A stretch of 64,000 bases of DNA from Guillardia theta CCMP2712 (Eukaryota; Protista; Cryptophyta), in contig NW_005434619.1 in the NCBI RefSeq assembly GCF_000315625.1, positions 289,357-353,356 of the forward strand, in the 5' to 3' direction. The notes below the pieces were generated by a model. It had not been told where the DNA came from and ran no database searches. It saw only the letters and a list, made by a program, of their open reading frames with translations. The translations under genes and the position numbers were made by a program. This document shows positions 48,927 to 64,000 of the stretch, piece after piece (position 1 is the stretch's first letter; every line of letters starts with the position of its first letter).

Positions 48927-51282
48927 AGTCAGTCTCACGTCTGTTCCAACTTGACCCAGTCCAAGACCAAGTCGCCGTTGTCAATGACAAAAGGTTTGCC
49001 GTACCGTAGAGCCCCTATCAACGCTTTCCTCACCTGATGCACATTGAACGTCAAGCACTCTTACACCTTTCTTCTTTGCCTCCTCCCTTGACCTCTCTCC
49101 TTCTTCCTCCACTCCTTCCCTCCTTCCCTCCTTCCCTCCTTCCCTCTACCTCCTCCACTTCCTCTGCATCCGAATCTTCTCCCTTGCTCTTCGTTTCTCC
49201 CCGCTTCACCCCCTGCTCGCTAGTTCAGCTCTACCGTCTCGGGCTCGAGGTCTCCAGGCTTGTAAGTCATGAGCAGGTTGTTGTCACGGTAGCGCAGAAA
49301 AGTTTGCGCGTTGCTGAGGGTTACGATGAGAAGTGAAGTCGAGAGGGAAAGAAGAGGAAATGAGCTTTCAGTAGAGGACAAACAAGGGCGAGGCGAGGCA
49401 GCAGTGGAGGAGATAGAGGAGGACGAAGTTGAGGGAGAGGAGGGAGAGGAGGTGCAACGATAAGAAAGACCTCGACAGGTCGATGATAAGTGCTGGACGT
49501 CGATCCGCCTTCCTGATCTCATCCAACGTCTCCTGTAAGGCCCGCAGCCCGATCCGGCAGCTGCAACGGAGTGAGAGGTAGCAAGCAACAGCTCATCAAA
49601 CCTGTGGGCAGTTTGCGGCACGAGATCCGCTGCTCGGGCAGAGTTCAGCTGAGCCCACAGTCCGAGACCAGCAGGTACTCACCTGGCTCCTTCTCTTGTG
49701 GGGGAGGAGTCCAGCAAGCGTGAAGCTCTTGCTCTATCCTCGCCCTTGCCTCTTCCATCCGCTCTGCCGAGAAACCAGCGAGAATCTTGCAACAAACGTC
49801 ACTAATCTGCGCTAATCTGCGTCTTCGGAAGCAAGATCGACGTGATAAGCAAGTTATCATGAAAGCAACAAGTGTAAGCAGCATTGTGAACCACACGAAG
49901 ATCATTTGCTACGTACAGGACCTGCTGGTCCACGTTCCTCAATATCACTTATCTTCTTCGTCCTCTTCTTTCTCCTCTTCGTTCTCCTCTCTCAGCGCAT
50001 GTAAGCATCGCACCTCCTTCACTTCTTGGTCGCTCGCTGCATCCATCGGCGATTCCCCGTCATTGTTTCGGATGTCGCAGTTGGCCCCATAGGACAGCAG
50101 GAGCCTACACGCCTCCGGCTGACCAGCAGGTGTCAAAAACTGCGATCCAACCCTCAGCATGCTCTTCACCTTTCTCATGAACGCAGCACGGAAGATTGGC
50201 GTCCTCCCATGAGAATCTTGTAGATCTATCACTGACGTGGCTCCGTGCCTGACAGACTCGTTATCTCATACATGTTGGGTTCCTCCCCCTCCCCCCTCAC
50301 TCCTCCCCCCCTCCTCCTTCTCCTCCTCCTCCTCCTTCTCTCACCGTCCTCCTCCCTCCTCCTCCTCCTCCCTCCTCCGCCACCTCCTTCCCTATCATAC
50401 CTCAGAAGCTCCCTCAGCACAGACGTAGCTCCTCCCACCGCAGCCTGCATCTCAACGTCACAAGCGCAAGGAGCAGACGGCAGGCACCTCAGACAGAGGC
50501 GTCGAATTGTTCTCGTTCACACAGTCAGGCTCGACGTAGGAGGTCAGAGAATTGATTCCTCTATACCTAAACGCCAACGTCACCCCCCCTCCCTCCTCCC
50601 CGCCTGTCTAACCATGGATCGCAGAGACAAACACACGTCATGCTGTCCGGGTCGGTAGTGCAGGCTCGCTGTGAGACAGGAGGGAGGAATGAGCCAGTCG
50701 GACGAGGAGGAGGGTGAGGAGGAGGAGGAGGAGGAGGAGGAGGAGGAGGAGGAGAGTTCTTACTTGGATCTTCCCTGAAGCATCGGAGATACCCAATAGC
50801 TGACGGACCTGATGTGCTGTGAGACCCGTGCATCAGGTGGGAAAAGGTTGTTACGTCCTCTAGCTCGTCATCAAACGCGTGCTCAAAGATTTTCGTCTTT
50901 CTCCTGTTGTACTCCCTCTCCCGCTTCTTCTTGTCTTCCTCTTTCTTCTGGATGCGCTTTTCTTCCTCGAGGATCAGGGCAGTCAGCTCATCTCTCATCC
51001 TCTGCTCTCGCTCCCGTCTTTCTCTCTCCGCCGCCTCCCTCTCTTCTCGTTGTCTTTCGAGCTCCTCTTCAGCTTTCAACCTCTCCTCTTCGCTCATCTC
51101 TTTCTTCGCAGGCGATGCCTTCTTTGCTGTCGTTGTTGTCTTTGGCTTTGCTGTAGTTTTCTTCGCTGCGGGTGCCTTGGAGGAGCTCGTTGCTGACGAC
51201 TTCGCTCCTGAAGCTCCTGGCTTCGTCGCTGCCACTGGCTTCTTTGCGGCGGCGGCTGCTGGTGCAGCTGGTTTCTTTGTTG

Positions 51283-51318
<36 letters not shown>

Positions 51319-51582
51319 GCTTGGCAGCGGACGAGCTCGCCTGAGCTTGTATGCGAGGAGCGCTGCTGGCTCTCTTGACTGGGCTAGGGGAAGTCACATC
51401 GCTCTTCTCGTCGCCTGTACCATCCTGTTACAAGTCACCCCAGCAAACTTCCAGCTCCTACCTGGTACGTCAGGTTTCGTGCTGGCCGGACGAGCGGAGT
51501 TAGCTAGGGGTGAGCTGGACTTGACTGATTTGGTGTCAAGGGGTCGACCCCCTGGCTGTTGGGTGGGTAACTTGGGAGGCAT
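48234..51582 (-). CDS. IQANK1-like ankyrin-repeat/coiled-coil protein
   Basis: A/K-rich N-terminus, E/R coiled coil, ANK (AAVGGATSVLRELL, GRTPIFRAAF, GESPMDAA), C-terminal AQTFLRYRD..LIGALRYGKPFVID as recalled for IQANK1-family proteins. Confidence 0.7.
48772..48926. repeat. Intronic (GGACAA)n and (GGACGA)n hexamer repeats
   Basis: Seen directly. Confidence 0.9.
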
Positions 51583-52299
51583 TCGGAAGCCTTTCAGGAA
51601 GGAACAGTCAGTATCGTGAAGCTAAGTTATCATGCTTGCCGTGGAATACATGGATATCTCTCTCCTCGCCTGCTGCAATCTCACACTGATTCTCCTGTAT
51701 CCACTCACCCGTTTCCTTACATATCCTCCTCTCTTGACAATAGAAGCGATCTGTACACTAGAATCTTCCTTCAGCATCTGTGCTGTTGTCCTTCTCCTTC
51801 CCTTCCATCCTCCATTCTCCATCCCTACCTTCCTTCATTCTCCATCCCTACCTTCCTCCGTTCCTACTCCCTCTCGTCCTCTATGCCTCCATGCTGCTGC
51901 GCCATGCCTCCCCCTACTTCTTTCTGCGCCCTACGACATCGAGTCGCATCCGGTAAGCAAGCTGCTCTTATCACCGGTCTCCTCCTAATGAAAAGGTTGC
52001 TCGAAAGGGGGTGGGGTACTCCTGCGGTACAGGATTTTCCTGTGCATGGACTGTAGGGAAGGACGACGAGGAGGGGGCGGCGGAGGCGGTTGTGACTGTA
52101 GGAGGAAGCAAAAGCTTAGCGAGAAAGACCTCTCGCTTCCTTCCTGCCCTCCCCCTCCTACCCCACCTCTTCCAATCATCTCTTGCTATCTTGTTCATTG
52201 TCGTGGAGGTCGATGTTACGGAGTTCCGTTGCTTTCCCTAGATCAAGAGACAGAGAGGACAACATGGCTGCCTTGTCCTGCACTCTCTATTTCATTGAA

Positions 52300-53368
52300 T
52301 CAAACAAAACAATTTGGAAATCAATTGTTTGCGGCAAGCATGGCGATGAGTTGAAGTCACTTCTTTTCCTTAGCTGCTGCACAAATTGTTGCAGAGCAGA
52401 CGAAGGGGAATCAAAGTCAGGGAGTCAGCCTTCCTCCATGAGAGTCGACAGGCTCTTACCCGAATTCGTCGATACCGGACGAGATGCTGCATGAAAGGAA
52501 TCTCAACTGAAGGAGAACCATAGGAGCAAAGAAACTCACGCAGAGTAACGCCCATCTTCTCTGCCTTACTCTTCACCAACTTCTGAAAGGCCAGCGCTTC
52601 CTCTCTGCTACTGCGGCTTCCGAAGCTTGCAGGCCTTCCTTCGTCTATTTCAGACCGTCAGTCACTGTACCCAACACCTTGATGAAAACCTTGCGCCTTC
52701 GGAGATTGGACTGGAGTTCCGCTTGCTGCAGTGTTTCCCTCCACCGGCTCACCTTCCTTGTCTTCCTTCTGAATTGCTTCTTTCACATCTTTGTGACTTT
52801 CTTCATTCTCATCCTTCTGATTTTCTTCTTTTACATCCTTCGTCCCGACAGCAGTGTCCTTGTTCTCCGAGGCTCCTTCGACTTCTTTCGCCTCATTTCC
52901 TGCAGGATCCATCGAAACCTCCTCCGGCGTCGTTTTCTTCTCGCCCTCTTCCTTTGAAGTTCTGCATCAGCTAGAGTGAGCAGCGGAGCTTTCGTAAGAG
53001 CACAATGTAGCCTACTCATTCGGGACGTCCTTGTCCTTCAACTCCTCCTCTGGGCCCTGTGCTTCTTCAACCTGCAGCGCATTTAATGTCGACCTGGGAC
53101 GAGGTGCACATGGGTTACAAACCAAGTCTTCAGCTGTGGTCGAAGGCTCGCAAGAGCCCGTCTGTATCACTTCGAGCAGTCCAGAAGACGCTGCGTGAAA
53201 GGAATCGGACAGGTGAAGAGCCAATGATGAAAGATTCTGAGAGCGCTCTTTGTCTAACTTGGTCCTCTCTCTCTCTCCGTCTTCGTTGATCTTTGATCGT
53301 CTGGCAGACTGCAGCTCATAGAGTGTGTACGCCCTGAAGTCGTCATGCTTCGAGCCCTCCGCTCCCAT
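52300..53368 (-). CDS. Hypothetical acidic protein with N-terminal MG (possible myristoylation)
   Basis: MGAEGSK start; E/K-rich exons; no domain recognised. Confidence 0.45.
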
Positions 53369-53860
53369 TTTGAACTTCAGGATCTGAAGCGCGAAACGTT
53401 CGTGGGTGGGAGGTGGGGGAAACGCAGAAGTGACTGCGTCCGGATGTCCGAGGGTGTCAGTGCTGCTAGGAAGACGTTGAGATGGGGAGCGCCTGCCTTG
53501 TTGTCACTGCAAGCTACTACCTGCCCCTGTTCACTTCAGCGCTTGTCAAGAGGCAGGGGTAAAGGAGAGGCCGACGAGGACGGGTCCAAACTTCCGGGGC
53601 AACCTAGTGTTGGGATTATCAGGCAAAGGTCAGACATTTCTTAAATACCGTGATAATTAAAACTGGGTATGTTGTCGACTTAAGGTCAGGCGGAAGTACA
53701 TTGATTGTCACCGAGTACAGAATGTGCGCGGCGCGGGAGGAGCAGGCAACACAAGGGGGGGGCTACTAGGAGGGAAATCATAAGTCATCCTATAAGTAAA
53801 ATCAGTGAAGCCCCGACAGCGTGACACGGCCAGAGTATTCATCAGTGACTGACTGAGAGT

Positions 53861-53945
53861 AGTTATGATTTAACTCAACTTTGAGTAAAGATATAGTTAT
53901 GATTTAACTCAACTTTGAGTAAAGATATAGTTATGATTTAACTCA
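53861..53945 (+). repeat. 2.5x tandem 34-bp repeat AGTTATGATTTAACTCAACTTTGAGTAAAGATAT
   Basis: Perfect head-to-tail copies with internal palindrome ACTCAA-CT-TTGAGT; core shared with the 5390 and 32919 motif. Confidence 0.92.
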
Positions 53946-54184
53946 CTGACAACCGCCGGGCGACTCGGACGGCCCGGCCCGGCCCGGGCCGCTGTTCCGC
54001 TGGCCGGGCTTCCGACTCACCGTCAGCGAGGGGACTCACTGTGGGGCACCGGTGGCCAAGATGGTCAACGGCCATGCGATGCACTGACGGTAGCAACCGA
54101 TGGGGAGGAGGAAGCGAGAAAGAGAGCAGAAGGGAGCAGAGCCGTGAGCGACTATGCTGAGATGAGAAGAAACTTGCGTGTCGG

Positions 54185-57863
<3,679 letters not shown>

Positions 57864-58035
57864 GCAGAGTACACAGAGCTCTTGCTGACGCTGAGGATTT
57901 TTCAGAGGGGCAGGGGGAAGAGACGTAGGGGAATCAAGTATCAGTACGATGAACATCTAAGAGACCAGGACAAGTTCATGTCATGTCAGGTATTCACACG
58001 TGTGTTTAATAGCTCGAGGACCCGGGGCCCGACCT

Positions 58036-58917
58036 TCAGTCTCGAGCAGCCTTGCCGATCTCACCAGCAGGGTGGCAGCGACTGAAGTCCTTCTTGGAGA
58101 ATCGCTTCCTCTTGGAGAGAACAACAGCTAACGCGTCGCCCACTGACATCATCACTATGGCACTTGCGGTAGGTGCCAGTCTGCTCGGGTAGTCAGAGGA
58201 GCATCCAAGTAGCAACATACGTCACCCGTTATGGTCCAACTCCTTGTGCTTGCCGATGGGTATGCAGAGCGAGCACAGGCTGCTCAGCGTCGAAGTCTCG
58301 GAGGAGCAGACGGCGATGGTCTTGACTCGCATCTCCTTGAGCGATCGAGCGACGTCGAGCACCTCTTGCGTCTCTCCACTGTTGGACAGCAGGAGCACAA
58401 CATCTCCTCCTCGCACCACCCCCAGGTCGCCATGCAGAGCTTCAGTCGCGTGCATGAAGAGGGCCGAGGTCCCCGTGGACGAAAATGTCGCTGCGATCTT
58501 TCGCCCGAGATGACCGGACTTGCCGATTCCCACAACAATTACACGGGAGTTGGCATCAAGCCTCTCCAGCATCGACACAGCATCGTCAAAGGACGCGTCT
58601 ACCTTGTCCGCCAGCCTCATCAGCGCCTCTGCCTCCTCCTGGATCACTCTCCTTGCCAGACTGTGCGGGGACGTCTTCTCAAGCTCACATGCCGGCCTGA
58701 CCTCCTCTATCTTGGAGATCAAGAACTCTTTGTTCCCGTCCAAGTTGGTCGCTCCCTCCCCCAGACTCCCCTTGCAGTGTCGCCGACCCAACGACTCCGT
58801 TGAGCTGAACCCGCGGCACCTCCCGCTGCCCGCAACCTTCTGCGCAACCTTCTGACTACCCAAGAGGAGCCCCGAAGTCTTTCTACACAGCATCAGGCAT
58901 CTCTTAAGACTCGCCAT
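58036..58917 (-). CDS. kdsD: Arabinose-5-phosphate isomerase (KdsD/KpsF/GutQ family), SIS domain only
   Basis: GIGKSGHLGRKIAATFSSTG, HATEALHGDLG, SNSGETQE, |LAPTAS..GDALAV..F..HPAGEIG; N-terminal basic presequence-like extension. Confidence 0.88.
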
Positions 58918-59639
58918 CGCTTCAACTAAGTGCTCAGCTCCTACTGCATTGTGTTGACTTCGCCTCGGCCGGGTGGTTGAGCACGAAGAGAGCAGGTATC
59001 AAGTGCAAGTTCTGGTGTACACGGTCTCTGCAGCTCAACCCGAGATACGAGAGAGAAAGATCTGCAGAACCAATGGAAATCAACATTAGGAAAAGGTTCA
59101 ACAAGAGGGGTTATGGAGAATACTGAGTGAATAGTCTGGGATATGAGACTCATTACGTCTGCTTCTTCAACTAGAACGAAGTTGGCTAGCAAGCATAATT
59201 CCCTTCGAGATAGTTCGACCCCTACCATGTGTCAAATGTTCATGTTCTTTCTCACACATCTTCTAAAAATCTTCGTATCCTTCTCTCGTCTTTCACTTAT
59301 AAGGAATCCATATTCCGTTCTTGCATTATCAGCAGAACCAAGCTGCAGATTATTTGTTCTCGGCCTCTTCTCTTCTTTCCATCATTCTCCTCCTTCCTTT
59401 TTTCCCTTCTGAATTCTTTCACCCCTCCTGCCATACCCTCCTTCTCTTTCCACTCATCTATCTAGGATTCAACGCCAATTTCCATCTTCACCTTCAACCT
59501 TCGCCATCTCTCCGCTTCTTATATCTTTTCCCTCTTCCTCCTCTTGATCTCTTTATGCTTTTGAACCTGTCCACGCACCTATCCCTGCTCTTGCTCCTGC
59601 CCCAGCTCCTGCCCCTGGCCCTGCCAATGTCCCTTTCCC

Positions 59640-59695
59640 TACTCGTTCCTTCTCTCTCTCTCTCCCTCCCTCCCTCCCTCCCTCCTACCCTGCCT

Positions 59696-59764
<69 letters not shown>

Positions 59765-60070
59765 CCTCCCTCGATCCCTGCCTCCCTCGATCTCTCACTA
59801 GCTCACTCGCTCGCTACCAAGCCGTGCACAATACACAGAAGAGGGAGGAGNNNNNNNNNNNNNNNNNNNNNNNNNNNNNNNNNNNNNNNNNNNNNNNNNN
59901 NNNNNNNNNNNNNNNNNNNNNNNNNNNNNNNNNNNNNNNNNNNNNNNNNNCTCTTCTTCCCCCCACCATCCTCGTCTCCTTGTCTCCCTCCCTCCCTCCC
60001 TCTACTTCCCCCCACCATCCTCGTCTCCTTGTCTCCCTTCCTCCCTCCATCTCCTCTTCCCCATCCCCGT
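59640..60070. repeat. Pyrimidine tract with (CCTG)n, 100-N gap (59851-59950) and a short direct duplication
   Basis: Seen directly. Confidence 0.9.
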
Positions 60071-60577
60071 CGCACTCGCTCGCTCGCCCGGGGACCATAA
60101 CATGCCCGATGCCTGCAAGCGTCTCGGGACCCCTACCCCCTCTCCCCTCCCTGTCTACCCACCTCGTCTATACCACCCACCCGTTCTTCTCTATTTGACT
60201 ACCCCTGGTATTCCCATCTCTTCGGCTACCTGAGTGGTCCCCACGTGGAAAAGCGATTAGCTAATTCTCAATCCCCTCGAAGCACATCGTCAAGAACCCC
60301 CACTTTCGTCAAGAAACTTCCCTAATTCAGGGGTGGGGTACTCCTTTGACAGTTATGATGAGTAACGTATTCCGTAACGTTCAGCAACGAGGGCGCCATG
60401 CTTGAGAGGGACAGCGCTGGTAAGAATTGCGGGAGGAGGTGGGGAAGGGAAGGAGGAGAGGAGGAGAGAAGGAGAGGAGGATCATTGCATATACTTGTGG
60501 ATGTACGGGATGTTGTGGTGGAGCATTCCGGTGAAGATGATAAGAGCGAATCTGAGCTAGAAGGTACTCGAGACGCA

Positions 60578-62272
60578 ATGAGCGCGAGGAAGTCGAGTGG
60601 CAGGCGAAGTAAGGAGAGCTGGAAATGTTTATGAGGTGATAGGTGGAGTTTCTGATGATGGTGGTTCGATCTGGCCTGGTTCAAAGCCCAGAGGAGTGTT
60701 GATATGACATGCTGCCTCCAAGAAGGCACCAAGGGACAGTGAACTGTGCGAGCTCAGAGTGCATGCGACATCATGCATACAGACAGGGTTTTCGTGCGAG
60801 CTGAACATCTCACGCCTCCATGTACAGGCCCTCACGACGACTACTCCAACTGGAAGAAGCGTCCCCACGACGATGACGACTACAGCCCTTACGATGATCA
60901 TGGATACCACGGAGTCGCAGCGAAGCGGGCGCATGTGGACGGGGACAGGCCCTATGCGATCAAGGTGCTGCATGTCTTGTGTGTGCTCAAGGTTGTGATG
61001 ATTGAGCCAGTTCCTCGCGAGCAATAAGGATGCAGGAACTCTGATCGGCAGGGGCGGGAATACCATCTCTTCTCTCCAGCAGAGGACGGGAGCGAGGATC
61101 AGAGTCTCAAACGGGAACGAGTACTATCCAGGCACACAGAATCGCATTGTTCTCTTGACAGGTCAACTATCAAACATCATGGGGGCACTGGAAGGCTCTC
61201 TGCGTGAAATTTATGGCGATTTCAGCGGTCACTCGGCTCCTTCCCCTCCTGGGGATGACAGGGACAGCAACGGCATCATGTTGACACTCGCTGTCCCTGA
61301 AATCTCTTGTGGGCTGTTAATAGGACGTGGCGGGGAGAACATTAGGGTGATGGTGGAGGAGAGCGGCTGCAAGATACAGCTTACAAACAAGGACCACTTA
61401 GTTCCAGGGATCACGGAGAGGCTTGTCCTGGTGGTGGGGCAAATAGATCGAGTGCTCAAGGCAGTGGAATTGATTTTGTACAAGATGTGGGAGGATCCAA
61501 AGTGCAGGTATGACAATCCCACGACCCAGTACAACTCGAAGCCGCTGGCCAGCGACCTGACCAAGGCTGTGCGAAACCTTCAAGGGTCCTCCATGCAGCC
61601 GGAGCGATCGTCGTATGGCAACTCAAGTAGCTGGGACTCGTACGGGAGGGACTCGTACAGCAGAGATTCTTATAGCAGGGACTCTTACAACCCATCGTAC
61701 TCCCCGAGGGAATCGGATCCTCCCGTCGATAGGTACTCCAACTCTCAGTACGACATCTACAGCAACGCGTACGTTCCATCGGGAGGAGGAGGAGGAGGAG
61801 GAGGAGGAGGAGGAGGAGGAGGAGGAGGAGGAGGAGGAGGAGGAGGAGGATCAGGTATGGAGGACATTCCTTCACTGAGGGTCAAGCTGACCATGCTGGT
61901 ATAGGATCTAGCGGAAGGTCTTCATCGACTGTCACGTAATATACTGATGCTGTTAGGATGTGTGCAATACTCACGTTATCTTGTCTCTGCAGATATACGG
62001 TACATGTGCCGGACAACCTGGTCCCGGCTATCCTTGGACGGGGAGGACAGATCATCAAGGAGATGATGGAAGTGAGCGGGGCAACGATCAAAGTGAGCCA
62101 GAAAGGAGATTTTGTCCCAGGAACGAATAACAGGATCATATCTATCATAGGTGAATTAACTCCATGCCTCTGCACTAATGGAGCACGTTGCTGAGCGTGT
62201 GCCTTGGCAGGGGACCAGAACGCTGCATCTTACGCCCATCAGCTGGTCAGTGCAAGAATCCCGCAGTTCTAG
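60578..62272 (+). CDS. Three-KH-domain RNA-binding protein (Nova/BTR1-like)
   Basis: LIGRGGNTI, LIGRGGENI, ILGRGGQII GxxG loops; YYPGTQNR and FVPGTNNR; poly-Gly; start uncertain. Confidence 0.88.
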
Positions 62273-62399
62273 TGACAGAGAGGTATGAAATGTTGAGCAA
62301 GGGTGAAGCTGGTGAGGTCTTGGAGACAAGATTTTGCCTTCGTCCCTCCTCGTCCAGCTCTTCTCCAGGAGATGGTTGAGTAAAAGCTGACTAATTGAT

Positions 62400-64000
62400 A
62401 ATCCCTTGCGGTGGACGCGCCCACGGCCGGTCGAGAGAGACAAAAGGCCGAGGACCTTGTATGGCGTCAAGACACTCAAATGATCGTCAGTGAGACCTTT
62501 GGACGCAGACATGAGCATGTAAGCGAGGCCTGAGGAGACGGTGAGATCGCGTGAGGGGGGGGGAGAGGGACGGGGAGGAGCAGAGGAGCAGAGAAGAGGG
62601 AAGGGGAGGAGCAGAGGAGCAGACAAGAGGGAAGGGGAGGAGCAGAGGAGCAGAGAGGAGGGAAGGGGAGAGCGGGGAGGGCAAAAGAGGAGACATGGGA
62701 CATTGGATGGCAACTTACGAGAGATAGCAGAATCCAATCGTCCGATGAAGTAGTCGCACTGCAACTCACTCATTCTTGCTGCTCACATGATCTCTGGCGC
62801 ACCTGAGACAAGGTGTCGATCTCTGCAATGGCGTGTAGGGCGGTAGCGCTGCCGTCAAGCTCTCCCCGCTCGATCCCTGCGCATGCGTCAGCGGAGGATT
62901 GTGCAGAGTTTGTCTCGCACTTCTTTCCACCCACATGTCATACTGAGACTCGGCAGGATTGTGTTCAGGAGCCTGAGAAAGTGTCACCTAGCAACTAGAC
63001 CCGCATCGAACTTGACCTGCGATGCTCCGACGTCGTAAATTTTCCTGTCAATCTGCGACAAACATTGCTCATGCTCAAGTCAGTGTCAGGCAGGCAGGAG
63101 AACCGGCAGAGAGAAGCATTCAAAGTCTTGTAACGCATGGCACTTTTCCACCGTTTCGACATCATCAGTAGCAAGGAAGATGTTGGACACCTGGAAAACA
63201 CATTTGAAACGAGCAATCAACAAGATTTGCTTCTACCCCATACAACTCTTTCATCGCTCTCGCTTCCCTCAGGAAGTTCTCGAAATGCGGCATCCATCTG
63301 CAATGAAATGGTCACCAGGAGATTCTCACAGGCAAGCTCGCCTTGCTGCCATGAAGGAGTCGCCTCGCCGAACATGTATGCCGATGATCGGATGTTTCAT
63401 GTTCATTCCCGACCTGTCCGATCCTGTGATATGATTCCTCGTATGAGATCGGCTACCTTAGAGACTCTATGTACTGCCCTGTTCCAGAAAGTAGGGAAAT
63501 GAGGGATGTTCAGTGTAAAGCTCAGCAACGGAGAACAGGTACTGGTGCGGTCGTTGAAACGCCAGATGAAACTTAGAGCATGCGACTGAGAAACAACGTC
63601 TATGAAATCATGAACCTGATGCAAGAGACGTCACCTGGAGCCAGAATGATCCCTTGTGAGCGTATTTCGGTGTCGAGAAGTCATGCATAATTCCATCAAC
63701 ACCTGACCACGTGCCTTCACGCTCAGCCGCGAGCATTGCAGGCTTGTTCTGAACGAGGACGATGGTCAAAAATCGAAAGTCTGCGCGTTCATGGAGCTCA
63801 CATCGTCGTCAACAACTCTGAAGGAGACGTTTGTGACTCTGAGAAAGTAGCAGGACAAGCTCCTGTCATCTCCACAGAACTTGGAGGAAGTCCAAGTCGC
63901 CATGCTCCCGTTAGGTGCAGTGAAGATTCCTCCTGCACTCATTTCAGCATCAAGACTGACTTTTTCTCTTCAACAACAAGACAGGACCTGTCGCAAAGGC
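62400..64000 (-). CDS. 3' part of a multi-exon hypothetical gene continuing beyond the window
   Basis: Exon-like minus-strand pieces with short GT-AG introns; no domain recognised. Confidence 0.3.

Noticed and set aside
53861-53945. CRISPR-like array (34-bp palindromic repeats)
   Set aside because: Repeats are contiguous with no spacers, there are no cas genes, and the context is eukaryotic.
59321-60198. Long Leu/Pro-rich ORFs
   Set aside because: Low-complexity pyrimidine tract spanning an N gap.

Overview
Eukaryotic nuclear DNA: gene-dense, with many short (~45-60 nt) GT-AG introns, microsatellite-rich introns and two 100-N scaffold gaps. Several proteins carry bipartite signal+Phe plastid-targeting leaders, pointing to an alga with a red secondary plastid; a cryptophyte such as Guillardia theta is my inference, not verified. 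About 25 protein genes and one tRNA-Gln(CTG) are supportable: mS38/COX24-like, MsrB, WD40, JmjC-SET/MYND-PDZ fusion, WWE-PARP, CHI-fold, GtrA-like, 2xGST-N, tandem Zn2Cys6 TF, Kelch, TRANK1-like ANK-RelE-like-SF1 helicase-TPR, RING-TPR-DnaJ, NOG1-like GTPase, IQANK1-like, Sfi1-like, KdsD/KpsF SIS and 3xKH. The most notable item is a three-member paralog family with conserved introns that reads as divergent bHLH + PAS + FABP/lipocalin-like barrel, a candidate ligand-sensing transcription factor system. Also notable: a ~38-bp AT-rich hairpin motif paired with GGCCCGGG boxes at three divergent-gene junctions, and several unusual domain fusions. Exon boundaries were read by eye and are approximate. 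No database searches were run.
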